DNA of 64,000 bases from Pseudomonadota bacterium (GTDB lineage: Bacteria; Pseudomonadota; Alphaproteobacteria; Caulobacterales; Parvularculaceae). Each line of letters begins with the position of its first letter. The first letter of the stretch is position 1. Below, piece after piece: positions 35,247 through 44,944 of the stretch. Where the stretch lies: contig JAYZEQ010000008.1 in the NCBI GenBank assembly GCA_036337175.1, positions 121,088 through 185,087 of the forward strand. The letters are read 5' to 3'. Position numbers and translations under genes: made by a program. Below the pieces are notes generated by a model. That model searched no databases. It worked only from the letters and a program-made list of their open reading frames with translations, and was not told the DNA's origin.

Positions 35247-35618
35247 TCAACCGTCCTCCCGGTTTTCCGCCCACAACAGGATCGCGTCGAGCGCCGGGCA
35301 TAGCGACTGTCCCCAGTCCGTCAGTCCGTACTCGACGCGCGGCGGCACTTCCGGATGCGCGATGCGGCGGACGACGCCATCAGTTTCCAGTTGCCGCAAT
35401 TGCTGGATCAGCATTTTCTGGGAAATCGCCGGGATGGCGCGCTCAAGCTCGGAAAAGCGTTTCAGCTCGCCGCCGAACAGGTGAAACAGGATGAGCAGCT
35501 TCCAGCGCCCTTCGAGGATTTTCAGCGCCGCCTCGACGTCCGCCGCGGCGGTCGCCGGCGTGTAGTCCGGACGCTTACTTTTCGGTGCGTCCCTTACTTT
35601 TTTGTCTGTTCTTGTCAT
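35247..35618 (-). CDS. HxlR-family winged-helix regulator
   Basis: GRWKLLIL, RFSELERAIPAISQKML.QQLRQLE.DG, PPRVEYGLT; start uncertain. Confidence 0.9.
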   Translation of the reverse strand: MTRTDKKVRDAPKSKRPDYTPATAAADVEAALKILEGRWKLLILFHLFGGELKRFSELERAIPAISQKMLIQQLRQLETDGVVRRIAHPEVPPRVEYGLTDWGQSLCPALDAILLWAENREDG

Positions 35619-35692
35619 TTTCGCAGCATGCGCCAAATCATCCGCAACGGGCAAGCGACGCGCTTTCCGCCCGCTTTAACAGGAGATGACGC

Positions 35693-36022
35693 ATGGCGAC
35701 CGAGCTTTCCGGAACCGTAAAGGCTTATTTCGACGCCGAGCGGCGCGACGACATCGATGCGCGGGCGGCGTGTTTCGCCGACAACGGCGTGGTGCGCGAC
35801 GAAAACAAAAGCATAGAAGGGCGGACGGCGATCAAGGAATGGATGGCGGACGCCAAAAGGAAATATGCGTATACGGCCGAACCGCTTAAAACGCAGACGC
35901 GCGACGACGGCGCCGTCATCGTCACCGCGAAAGTCGCAGGAACGTTTCCGAACTCGCCGATCACGCTGGACTATGCGTTCACGCTTGAAGGCGGAAAGAT
36001 CGCCGCGCTGGAGATCGGTTGA
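35693..36022 (+). CDS. NTF2/SnoaL-like protein
   Basis: CFADNGVVRDE...EGR.AI..W, GTFPNSP.TL.Y.FTL..GKI..LEI. Confidence 0.85.
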   Translation: MATELSGTVKAYFDAERRDDIDARAACFADNGVVRDENKSIEGRTAIKEWMADAKRKYAYTAEPLKTQTRDDGAVIVTAKVAGTFPNSPITLDYAFTLEGGKIAALEIG

Positions 36023-36045
36023 CGACTTCTGATCTGCGGGCGGCT

Positions 36046-36684
36046 TTAGCGGACCGCATACCCGTCCATAAAGACCGCGACGGCGGTTTCGACCTGCGCG
36101 GCGATTTCATCCGCAGACGGCGGATCTTCGAGGCCCCAGAGAACCTTGCGCGCGCGCCAGCCGAGGCAGAGTTCGAGAAAGTGCTCCGCCGCCTGTTCCG
36201 GCGGGGCGCGGCGGATCAGTCCCTTCCGCATCGCCGCTGCGAACATCGGCGAGAATTTCGCGAACGCCGGCGCGACGCCGCCCTCGTAGCAGGCGCGCCC
36301 GACCTCGGGCATGCGGACCGCTTCGGCTACGGCGAGGCGTTGCAGGGACAAAAGCTCGTAAGACGTTAGCCGCGCCAGATTGTCGGCCCCGAAGCGGCGC
36401 AGCCAGGCGCGGAAAGCCGCTTCGTCCCGCGTCGCCTCCTCGGGCGGCGCCCCCGCCCCTTGCGGCATGCGCCGCGCCTGCACGGCGGCGATTACCGCCA
36501 ACAGCAACTCCTCCTTCGAGCGGAAATGGTTGTAGAGCGTGCCCTTCGAGCCGCCGACCCGCGCGGCGATCTCGGCCATCGACGCCCCGGCGTAACCTTC
36601 GGTGAAGAAAACTTTTTCCGCAACGGCGACGATTTCCGCGCGCTTCCGCTCCCTCCGGCTGATTTTCCCTGCTGATTCAGACAC
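36046..36684 (-). CDS. TetR/AcrR-family regulator (start uncertain)
   Basis: F..EGY..ASMAEIAARVGGSKGTLYNHF.SKEEL. Confidence 0.9.
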   Translation of the reverse strand: MSESAGKISRRERKRAEIVAVAEKVFFTEGYAGASMAEIAARVGGSKGTLYNHFRSKEELLLAVIAAVQARRMPQGAGAPPEEATRDEAAFRAWLRRFGADNLARLTSYELLSLQRLAVAEAVRMPEVGRACYEGGVAPAFAKFSPMFAAAMRKGLIRRAPPEQAAEHFLELCLGWRARKVLWGLEDPPSADEIAAQVETAVAVFMDGYAVR

Positions 36685-36736
36685 CTGACCGACCTGTACG
36701 ATTCCTGTTGACACAAGGGCTGCAAGCAATTATTTG

Positions 36737-36769
36737 ACCGTACTGTACGGTATAACCATACAGTACGGT
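36737..36769. promoter_or_regulatory. Two tandem TetR-type palindromic operators
   Basis: ACCGTACTGTACGGT (36737-36751) and ACCATACAGTACGGT (36755-36769) between the divergent genes. Confidence 0.7.
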
Positions 36770-36854
36770 TCTATAACAGATCGGCGGCGCGCGCAAGGCG
36801 GCGGAAACGGGTTTCCGCGCGTCGGACGGCGGCCATCCGGAAAAGGAGAGACCC

Positions 36855-38057
36855 ATGACAGCCAACAGCAGCCTTCCCGAAAAAACCGACGCGCTCATCG
36901 TCGGCGCCGGTCCAACCGGCCTCGCCCTCGCCGTTTCGCTCGGCCAGGCGGGCGTGGATCATGTGCTGGTCGACCGGCTGACCGCCGGCCACTCCGCCTC
37001 GCGCGCCGCCGTCATCCACGCCCACACGCTCGAAGCGCTGGACGGGCTCGGCGTCGCCGCCCCGCTCGTCGATGCCGGCCTGAAGCTCTCGCGCTTCTCG
37101 CTCAGGGACCGCGACCGCACGCTGATGACCCTCTCCTTCGACGATCTTCCCTCCCCCTTCTCGCATCTGCTGATGATCCCGCAGAACGTCACCGAGGAAA
37201 TCCTGGCGCGCCGGCTCGAGGCGCTCGGCGGGCGCGTCCGCCGGAGCGTTTCCGCCGAAGGCTTCGAGCAGACGCGAGAGGGCGTTCGCGTGACGCTCGA
37301 CGACAATGGCGAGCGTCGCGTCGTCCAGGCGCGCTACGTGATCGGCGCCGACGGCATGCGCAGCGCCGTCAGGACCGCCGCCGGCATCGCGTTTGAGGGC
37401 GGAAGCGACGCGCATTCCTTCGTGCTCGCCGACGTAACGATGGACTGGGCGCTCGGGCGCGAGGAAGTCATGCTGTTCTTTTCTCCCGCCGGCCTCGTCG
37501 TCGTCGCGCCCCTGCCGGACGGCCAGTTCCGCATCGTCGCGGCGATGAAGGACGCGCCTGAAAATCCGACGGCGGAGGATATCGCCGCGCTGATGGCGGC
37601 GAGCGGCCCCTCGGACGGCGCGACAATCCGCGCCGTGAGCTGGAGCTCGCGCTTCCGCATCCATCACAGCCTCGCGAAATCCTACCGCAAGGGGCGGATG
37701 CTGGTGATGGGCGACGCCGCCCATGTGCACAGCCCGGCGGGCGGTCAGGGCATGAACACCGGCCTCGTCGACGCGACGGTGCTCGGCGAACTCCTCGCCG
37801 ACGTGCTGAAGGGAAGGCGCGCCGAAGCCGATCTCGATCTCTACGAAAAACTGCGGCGGCCCGCGGCGGCGAAAGTCATGCGGCTCGCCGGCGCGCTCTC
37901 CGACATGGCGATGACCGAGGGCAGGCTCGCCCGCGCGGCGCGCAACGCCAGGCTTTCGGCGGCTGGCCATCTGCCCTTCGTCCGGCGCAAGCTGGCGATG
38001 AACCTCTCCGGTCTCGCCCGGCGCGAGGCGGCGCATCCGCCCCAGCCGCACCGCTGA
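36855..38057 (+). CDS. FAD-dependent monooxygenase (group A, FAD_binding_3)
   Basis: GAGPTG, GADGMRSAVR, GDAAHVHSPAGGQGMNTG. Confidence 0.92.
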   Translation: MTANSSLPEKTDALIVGAGPTGLALAVSLGQAGVDHVLVDRLTAGHSASRAAVIHAHTLEALDGLGVAAPLVDAGLKLSRFSLRDRDRTLMTLSFDDLPSPFSHLLMIPQNVTEEILARRLEALGGRVRRSVSAEGFEQTREGVRVTLDDNGERRVVQARYVIGADGMRSAVRTAAGIAFEGGSDAHSFVLADVTMDWALGREEVMLFFSPAGLVVVAPLPDGQFRIVAAMKDAPENPTAEDIAALMAASGPSDGATIRAVSWSSRFRIHHSLAKSYRKGRMLVMGDAAHVHSPAGGQGMNTGLVDATVLGELLADVLKGRRAEADLDLYEKLRRPAAAKVMRLAGALSDMAMTEGRLARAARNARLSAAGHLPFVRRKLAMNLSGLARREAAHPPQPHR

Positions 38058-38075
38058 ATTTGAAAGGCGCACGCC

Positions 38076-38507
38076 ATGCAACAAGCCATGCAAAACGTCT
38101 CTTCCGCCCGAGAAGCGCGGCTGATGCAGTATCTGATCGCCTCGGTGTTCCTGACGCTCGGCGGCTGGTGCGTCATCGCCCCGGCGAGCATCATTCATCT
38201 CGGCGTCCGCCCCCAGTATCAGACGGACGCGCTGATCGCCCTCGTCGCCATCGGCGCATTCGGCGCGCAGGCGATTCTCGCCGGCCTCTTCGCCGCCTTT
38301 TCGATTTTCACGCGGCGGACATTCCTCGTCTACGGCGTCGCGCTGCTGCCGTTCTTCGTTTTCGACTGGTGGTTCTACGCCAGAGTTCCGCTCGTCAACG
38401 AGCTGATGCTCATCGACGTCGCCGGCAACGTCGCGATGCTAGCCATGTGCGCAAGGGGGTATCGGGCGCTGCGCCCTACCCCCACCACTCCTCGGCCCGC
38501 GCCTTGA
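38076..38507 (+). CDS. Hypothetical ~4-TM membrane protein
   Basis: Hydrophobic helices; directly downstream of the monooxygenase. Confidence 0.7.
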   Translation: MQQAMQNVSSAREARLMQYLIASVFLTLGGWCVIAPASIIHLGVRPQYQTDALIALVAIGAFGAQAILAGLFAAFSIFTRRTFLVYGVALLPFFVFDWWFYARVPLVNELMLIDVAGNVAMLAMCARGYRALRPTPTTPRPAP

Positions 38508-39954
38508 AGCCGGCGGCTTTTTCGAGCGCCGCCATGCCCTTGAACATGGTCTCCTCGTCGAAAGGACGCGCGAGGAGCTGGAGGCCGAGCGGCAGGCCGT
38601 CCTTGTCGAGGCCGGCGGGGACGGAGGCGCCCGGGAGCCCGGCGAGGTTGGCGGTGACCGTGAAGACGTCGTTGAGATACATCTGCACCGGGTCGTTCGC
38701 CTTTTCGCCGAGGGCGAAGGCGGCGGACGGCGCGGACGGCGTCAGGATCAGGTCGCACTTCTCATAGGCCGCCTGGAACTCGTCGAAAATCCGCTTACGG
38801 ACTTTCTGGGCGCGCAGATAGTAGGCGTCGTAATACCCCGCCGACAGCACGTAGGTGCCGATCAGGATGCGGCGCTGCACCTCGCGCCCGAACCCTTCGG
38901 CGCGAGTGTTCTCGTACATCGAGAGAATGTCGGAATGCTGTTTCGAGCGGTGGCCGTAGCGCACGCCGTCGTAGCGCGCGAGGTTGGAGGAGGCCTCCGC
39001 CGGCGCGACGATGTAATAGACAGGCAGCGCGTATTTGGTCAGCGGCAGCGAGATGTCGACGATCTCGCAGCCCGCGTCCTTCATCCACCGGATGCCCTCG
39101 GCCCAGAGCTTTTCGATTTCCTCGGGCATGCCGTCGATGCGGTATTCCTTCGGCACGCCGATGCGAAGGCCCTTTACCGACGCGCCTATAGCTTTCTCAT
39201 AGTCCGGGACCGGACGGTCGACGCAGGTCGAATCTTTCGGGTCGGGGCCCGCCATCGACTTCAGCATGATCGCCGCGTCGCGGACGTCCTGGGCGATCGG
39301 GCCCGCCTGGTCGAGGGAGGAGGCGAAGGCGACGATGCCCCACCGCGACACGCGCCCGTAGGTCGGTTTGACGCCGACCGTAGCGGTGAGCGACGCGGGC
39401 TGACGGATCGAGCCCCCCGTATCGGTCGCCGTCGTCGCGGCGCAGAGGCGCGCCGCCGTCGCGGCCGCTGAGCCGCCCGACGAGCCGCCCGGCGTCAGTT
39501 GCGCGTTCCCGCTCTTCTTGCGCCACGGATTGACGACCGGCCCGTAATAGGAAGTCTCGTTCGACGAGCCCATGGCGAACTCGTCCATGTTGAGCTTGCC
39601 GAGCATGACCGCGCCGTCGCGCCACAGATTGCCCGTGACGGTCGATTCGTATTTCGGCTTGAAGCCGTCGAGAATGTGCGAGCCGGCCGTGGTCAGCACG
39701 TCTTCGGTGCAGAACAGATCCTTGATCCCGAGCGGAATCCCCTCGATAGGGCCGCCCTCGCCTTTCGCAAGCTTCGCATCCGAGGCTTTCGCCATGGCGC
39801 GCGCCTTGTCGGCGGTGACCGTGACGAAGGCGTTCAGCGCCTTCGCCTTCTCGATACGCGCGAGATAGGCGTCCGTCGCCTCGAGCGAGGAGACTTTCTT
39901 CGCCTTGAGCGCGTCGCGAAGTTCGGCGAGGGTCATGTCGGCGGGAGAAGCCAT
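38476..39954 (-). CDS. gatA: Asp/Glu-tRNA amidotransferase subunit A
   Basis: [36 protein letters not shown]; ATG 39954. Confidence 0.97.
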   Translation of the reverse strand: MASPADMTLAELRDALKAKKVSSLEATDAYLARIEKAKALNAFVTVTADKARAMAKASDAKLAKGEGGPIEGIPLGIKDLFCTEDVLTTAGSHILDGFKPKYESTVTGNLWRDGAVMLGKLNMDEFAMGSSNETSYYGPVVNPWRKKSGNAQLTPGGSSGGSAAATAARLCAATTATDTGGSIRQPASLTATVGVKPTYGRVSRWGIVAFASSLDQAGPIAQDVRDAAIMLKSMAGPDPKDSTCVDRPVPDYEKAIGASVKGLRIGVPKEYRIDGMPEEIEKLWAEGIRWMKDAGCEIVDISLPLTKYALPVYYIVAPAEASSNLARYDGVRYGHRSKQHSDILSMYENTRAEGFGREVQRRILIGTYVLSAGYYDAYYLRAQKVRKRIFDEFQAAYEKCDLILTPSAPSAAFALGEKANDPVQMYLNDVFTVTANLAGLPGASVPAGLDKDGLPLGLQLLARPFDEETMFKGMAALEKAAGFKARAEEWWG

Positions 39955-40253
39955 CACTCCACCACCTTCGGCACGACGAAGAAGTGATCTTCGGTCTTCG
40001 GCGCGTTGGCGACGACATTGTCGGGCTGGCCGCCCCCGGTCGGGCCTGACTGCAAAACGTCCTCGCGCATCGGGAGCTGCATGTCGACGGTCGAGGTCAT
40101 CGCCTCGACGCCCTCGACATCGACCTCGTTGAGCTGCTCGATCCATTTCAGGATGCCGTTCAGTTCGCCGGCCAGCGGCTCGAGCCGCTCCTCGGGAACC
40201 GCGAGGCGGGCGAGGCGGGCGACCTTGCGTACGGTGTCTTTATCTACGGCCAT
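39954..40253 (-). CDS. gatC: Asp/Glu-tRNA amidotransferase subunit C
   Basis: [27 protein letters not shown]; TGATG overlap with gatA. Confidence 0.96.
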   Translation of the reverse strand: MAVDKDTVRKVARLARLAVPEERLEPLAGELNGILKWIEQLNEVDVEGVEAMTSTVDMQLPMREDVLQSGPTGGGQPDNVVANAPKTEDHFFVVPKVVE

Positions 40254-40455
40254 GAAACGTCTCTCGAAAGCAGGCGCGAAGCCCTATCAACCAGCGCCGA
40301 AAGCATCAAGGGGCGCGGCCTTCCCCGGCGGCGGGCAGATGGCCGGAAACCTGACAAACCGGACAAGAGGGTCCGGACCGCCTTCAATACCGGCGGGCAT
40401 GGCTTTACAGCTAGCCGGTCTCCCGGACAGTAATTTTCGCTCAGGAGAAACCACG

Positions 40456-41109
40456 ATGACCATCACCATCACCGCCTTTGAAAGCTCGCCCGATCGCGGC
40501 GCGGGACTTGCGCGCGATACGCGCGTTCGCTGGGCGCTCGAAGAAACCGGCCAGCCCTATGAGGTTCGCCTTGTTTCGTTCAAGGCGATGAAGGAGCCCG
40601 CCCATCTGGCGCTCAATCCGTTCGGACAGATTCCGACCTACGAAGAAGACGGTCTCGCCCTTTTCGAGACGGGGGCGATCATATTCCATATCGCCGAGCG
40701 TCATGCGGGCCTCTTGCCCGAGGACGCCAACGCAAGAGCGCGGGCGATCATGTGGATGTTCGCGGCGGTCAATACGGTGGAGCCGCCGATCCTCGACCTC
40801 GCGACCGCCAAACTCCTCGAGTCGGACAAGCCCTGGTCCGCCGAGCGCCTGCCGCTCGTCGAGGATCGCGTCCGTCAGCGGCTGGGCCAGCTCTCCCGCC
40901 GCCTTGGCGACGCCGAGTGGCTGGAGGGCGCCTTCAGCGCCGGCGATCTGATGATGGTGCATGTGCTGCAGCGGCTGAAAAGGTCGGGCCTGCTGGATGA
41001 GTATGCGAACCTCGCCGCCTATGTGGCGCGCGGCGAGGCGCGGCCCGCCTTCAAGCGCGCCTTCGACGCTCAGTTCGCGGTTTTCAAGGCCGCGCAAACG
41101 CCGGGCTAG
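40456..41109 (+). CDS. Glutathione S-transferase family protein
   Basis: ARDTRVRWALEE, NPFGQIPTY, LFETGAI, FSAGDL; AGGAG RBS. Confidence 0.92.
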   Translation: MTITITAFESSPDRGAGLARDTRVRWALEETGQPYEVRLVSFKAMKEPAHLALNPFGQIPTYEEDGLALFETGAIIFHIAERHAGLLPEDANARARAIMWMFAAVNTVEPPILDLATAKLLESDKPWSAERLPLVEDRVRQRLGQLSRRLGDAEWLEGAFSAGDLMMVHVLQRLKRSGLLDEYANLAAYVARGEARPAFKRAFDAQFAVFKAAQTPG

Positions 41110-41127
41110 ACGGGCGCGCCGGCGCGT

Positions 41128-42450
41128 TCATTCCTCTCGCGCCAGCGCCGCGAGCTCGCGCGCCGGCTGCGCATAACGCGAGAAGGCGAACCGCCTGATC
41201 CCCTCGGCGACGTCGCGGCCGCCCTTCGCCTCGATCAAAGAGAGAAACAGCGGCAGGTCGTACCCTCTGTTGTCGGCGGAGGCGGCGACGAAGTCGCGCC
41301 ACAACGCGGCGACGGAGCCTTGCGGATTTTCGGCGCGGGCCGCGGCGACGGCGAGCGCGTCGCCGCAGGCGTAGACGGCGCGCCAGCGCCCGGCGGTTTC
41401 GGCCTGATCGAGCGAAAGACCGGAGAGCTCGCGTTCGCACTCGTAACGGGCGCCGATTCGCGCCGCTTCCGCTTCCGCTGGAGTAATGAGGCCGATCCCG
41501 TCCAGCGCCTCGTTGGCGAGGGCGTCGGCGCCGCCTTCGTGAATCCAGTCGGGAACGTCCGCCCCCGCCGGGCGGGCCCGCGACTGCCACAGATGCGCCG
41601 CTTCGTGCGCCGTGGCGCGGCGCAGAAGCGCGCGCGCGCCGTTGTCCGGCGTCTCCCAGCCGCCGCCCGACAGCGCGATCATGAACTGGCCCGGCAGCGC
41701 GTCGCCGTGATAGCGCAGGCGGCCGGCCTCGGCGGCTCCGCCCATCGCGAGAAACATGTCGGGCGGCGCGTCGAGCGGCGCGCCGAGCGCCTTCGCGTAC
41801 CAGTCGAACAGCGCCGGCAGCAGCGTCTCCAGCTCGTCGCGTATCCATCCGGGCGCTGACGGATCGGCATAAACGGCCGCCGCGCCCTGTCGCGGCGGCG
41901 CCGGCCCGACATATATAAAGGCCGGATGGCGAAAAGGACTGCGCCAGCCTTTGAATTGCGCTCTGGTTTCGCCGAACGCAGAGACGGCGACGCCCGCCCG
42001 CGGACGGATATCGACGAGCGCGTCGGAGCGCCGGCCTTTATCTGTGAACGGAATGAAATGACCGGTGTAGAGCACGACGCCGGACCCGAGCGGCGCGGCG
42101 GTTTCGTAGTCCTTGGCGAGCCCGTTGGGGCGCGGCGCCACGGCGATGTCGATTTGAGACAGTTTTGCGCCGCGCCTCGACGGAACCAGATAGTCCCGCC
42201 CCTTTTCGCTGACGAGCGCGACGCCGTCCGTCAGCACAAGCCAGTCGCGGGCCCGCGCGCCGCCGAGCGACGGGCCGAGATCGAGCCGTTTTTGCGCGGC
42301 CCCCAACTCGTAACGAACCCGCCAGTCGCCGTCCTGCCGCTGCTCGAGAGAGATCCCGACCGCCGGGTCCGGCACGCGCGCCCCCGCGCCGAACAGGGCG
42401 AAGGCCAGCGCGACGGCGAGAGCGGAGAGAATTCGGGCGGTCTGGGTCAA
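41128..42450 (-). CDS. Exported hypothetical protein with HEXXH motif (putative gluzincin metallopeptidase)
   Basis: Signal peptide; AHEAAHLWQ followed by WIHEGGAD. Confidence 0.65.
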   Translation of the reverse strand: MTQTARILSALAVALAFALFGAGARVPDPAVGISLEQRQDGDWRVRYELGAAQKRLDLGPSLGGARARDWLVLTDGVALVSEKGRDYLVPSRRGAKLSQIDIAVAPRPNGLAKDYETAAPLGSGVVLYTGHFIPFTDKGRRSDALVDIRPRAGVAVSAFGETRAQFKGWRSPFRHPAFIYVGPAPPRQGAAAVYADPSAPGWIRDELETLLPALFDWYAKALGAPLDAPPDMFLAMGGAAEAGRLRYHGDALPGQFMIALSGGGWETPDNGARALLRRATAHEAAHLWQSRARPAGADVPDWIHEGGADALANEALDGIGLITPAEAEAARIGARYECERELSGLSLDQAETAGRWRAVYACGDALAVAAARAENPQGSVAALWRDFVAASADNRGYDLPLFLSLIEAKGGRDVAEGIRRFAFSRYAQPARELAALAREE

Positions 42451-42515
42451 GCTGCTGATACTGCCGGCGCGTTCTACCTTGTCCCCGGCGCGGCGGGGCG
42501 TGCTACCATTCGGGC

Positions 42516-42983
42516 ATGAAAACGGCTTTCGAACAACAGGCCGAGGCGTTCGGCCCGGCGGGCGCGCTTCTCGGCCTCGATCTCGGCGAGAAAACCATCG
42601 GCGTCGCGGTGTGCGATCCGGCGCGGCGGGTGGCGACCCCGGTCGAGACCGTCGCCCGCAAGAAGTTCACGCAAGACGCCGAGCGCCTCGCCCGTCTCGC
42701 CGGCGAACGCGGCGTCGTGGGCATCGTCATCGGCCTGCCGCTCAATATGGACGGCAGCGAAGGTCCGCGCGCCCAGTCGACCCGCAGTTTCGTCAGGAAT
42801 CTGCCCCGCGTCCTGCCCCTGCCGGTCGCCTTCTGGGACGAGCGGCTCTCGACCGCCGCCATGGAGCGCGATCTGATCGCTCTCGACACAAGCCGCGCCC
42901 GGCGCGCCGAACTGATCGACGAATCGGCGGCCGCCTTTATATTGCAGGGTGCGATCGACCGGCTGAGGAACATGAAGCCATGA
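42516..42983 (+). CDS. ruvX: Holliday-junction-resolvase-like / pre-16S rRNA nuclease YqgF (RuvX)
   Basis: LGLDLGEKTIGVA, GLPLNMDG, WDERLST, AAAFILQG. Confidence 0.95.
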   Translation: MKTAFEQQAEAFGPAGALLGLDLGEKTIGVAVCDPARRVATPVETVARKKFTQDAERLARLAGERGVVGIVIGLPLNMDGSEGPRAQSTRSFVRNLPRVLPLPVAFWDERLSTAAMERDLIALDTSRARRAELIDESAAAFILQGAIDRLRNMKP

Positions 42984-43342
42984 AAAAGAAAACGCCGAAA
43001 GGCATCGATGCGCCGACCCTCAATTACCTGATTTCCGGACTGCTCGTGCTCACCGCCATCCTGCATCTGGGCGCAGGGGCGCTGATGGGCGAGAGCGAGT
43101 TGAAAGTTCCCATTCTCGTCTTCGGCGTCCTGTTTCTCGGCGCCGGCGTGTGGGTGCGCAAGGGCGGAAGGCCCGCGGTGCTCGGCGTCATGGGCCTCAG
43201 CGCCCTCGGCCTGGCGCTCGGCGGAAGCAAATACCTGCAACAGGGCGGGCCGGTGTCGATGCCGCTGATGTTCCTCATCGACGTGCTGGTGATCGCCGCC
43301 GGCGCCGCGTGGCTCAATCTGACAAGAAAGAAGAAGGCGTAA
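42980..43342 (+). CDS. Hypothetical ~4-TM membrane protein
   Basis: ATGA overlap with ruvX; hydrophobic helices. Confidence 0.7.
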   Translation: MKKKTPKGIDAPTLNYLISGLLVLTAILHLGAGALMGESELKVPILVFGVLFLGAGVWVRKGGRPAVLGVMGLSALGLALGGSKYLQQGGPVSMPLMFLIDVLVIAAGAAWLNLTRKKKA

Positions 43343-43394
43343 AGCGTCAAATCGAATGCGCGCGCGCCGAGAACGGCCTATAGAGCCCTCCCTG

Positions 43395-44354
43395 ATGCCA
43401 GACTCACGACGCCCCGCCCCGCCCGCCGCCGGCTGGAAAGCCAGGAACCTCGTCAGCGTCGACGACCTGACGGTCGACGAAATCCGTTTCGTGCTCGACC
43501 TCGCCGAGCACTATGCCGGGTTCCTCAAGGAAGGCGCACGCCCGCCGCAGCGACTCGCCGGCAAGACGCAGATCAACCTATTCTATGAGGACTCGACCCG
43601 CACCAACCTCTCCTTCGCTCTCGCCGGACAGAAGCTCGGCGCCGACGTCATCAACGTGCCGGTCGCCGCGTCGTCGGTGAACAAGGGCGAGACCGAGCTC
43701 GACACGGCGCAGACGCTGACGGCGATGGGCGCGCACGCGCTCATCCTGCGCCACAAGCAGCCGCGCATCCACGAACAGCTCGCGACGCACATCCCCTGCC
43801 CTATCGTCAACGCCGGCGACGGGGTGCGCGAGCACCCGACGCAGGCGCTGCTCGACGCCGCCGCCATCCGCTCCGTGTACGGCGAAGTGAAAGGCCGCGT
43901 CATCGCCATCTGCGGCGACGTCAGACATTCGCGCGTCGCCGGCTCCGACGCGCATCTTTTCTCGAAGCTCGGCGCCGAAGTGCGGTTCGTCGGCCCGGCG
44001 CACCTGATGCCCGAGGCGAACGACTTCCCGCACATAAAGCGCTACGGCTCGCTGAAAACGGGCCTCGCCGGCGCCGACATCGTCATGGGGCTAAGGATGC
44101 AGTTCGAGCGCATGGGCGCGGAAGGAAAGGACGCCGCCCAGGGCTATTACGAAACCTTCGGCCTCACCCACGAAACGCTGAAACTGGCGAAGCAAGGCGC
44201 CTGGGTGATGCATCCCGGCCCGATGAACCGCGGCGTCGAAATCGACGGCGCGCTTGCGGACGATCCCGAGCGCTCGCTTATCTTACGGCAGGTGTTCTAC
44301 GGAGTCGCGGTGCGGATGGCGTGTCTCGACGCGCTGATTACGGGAGGCGCGTGA
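43395..44354 (+). CDS. pyrB: Aspartate carbamoyltransferase catalytic subunit
   Basis: [39 protein letters not shown]. Confidence 0.95.
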   Translation: MPDSRRPAPPAAGWKARNLVSVDDLTVDEIRFVLDLAEHYAGFLKEGARPPQRLAGKTQINLFYEDSTRTNLSFALAGQKLGADVINVPVAASSVNKGETELDTAQTLTAMGAHALILRHKQPRIHEQLATHIPCPIVNAGDGVREHPTQALLDAAAIRSVYGEVKGRVIAICGDVRHSRVAGSDAHLFSKLGAEVRFVGPAHLMPEANDFPHIKRYGSLKTGLAGADIVMGLRMQFERMGAEGKDAAQGYYETFGLTHETLKLAKQGAWVMHPGPMNRGVEIDGALADDPERSLILRQVFYGVAVRMACLDALITGGA

Positions 44355-44944
44355 TGGATTATTTTCTACCCCTAGTCCTCGGCTATCTCCTTGGCTCCGT
44401 CCCGTTCGGGCTCGTCATCACCAAAATGGCGGGGCTCGGCGATATCCGCGCCATCGGGTCGGGCAATATCGGCGCGACCAATGTGCTCCGCACCGGGAGG
44501 AAAGACCTGGCGCTGGCGACGCTCCTTCTCGACGGCGGCAAGGGGGCGATCGCCGTGCTCGTCGCCTACGGGCTCGGCTGGCGTCCCGAGATCGCCGGCG
44601 CGGCGGCGTTTCTCGGCCACTGCTTCCCGGTCTGGCTTTCGTTCAAGGGCGGCAAGGGCGTCGCGACGTTTCTCGGCACGCTTCTCGCGCTGTGGTTCCC
44701 GGCGGGCCTTTTCGCCTGCGCTGCATGGGCGGCGACCGCCTTCGTGACGCGCTACTCGTCGCTCTCCGCGCTGCTCGCCGCCGCCGCGACGCCGTTCGTT
44801 CTCTACGCCATGGGCAAGCCAGCCTTCGCGCTCGCCGCCGCGTTCATGTGCTTTCTCATCTATATCCGCCACCGCGCCAACATCTCGCGGCTGCTGAAGG
44901 GCGAGGAGCCGAAAATCGGCGCGAAGAAAGAAGCGGCGGCGTGA
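44354..44944 (+). CDS. plsY: Glycerol-3-phosphate acyltransferase
   Basis: [24 protein letters not shown]...[17 protein letters not shown]. Confidence 0.96.
   Translation: MDYFLPLVLGYLLGSVPFGLVITKMAGLGDIRAIGSGNIGATNVLRTGRKDLALATLLLDGGKGAIAVLVAYGLGWRPEIAGAAAFLGHCFPVWLSFKGGKGVATFLGTLLALWFPAGLFACAAWAATAFVTRYSSLSALLAAAATPFVLYAMGKPAFALAAAFMCFLIYIRHRANISRLLKGEEPKIGAKKEAAA

Noticed and set aside
40287-40455. Riboswitch upstream of the GST at 40456
   Set aside because: No recognisable aptamer consensus; more likely divergent promoters/operator
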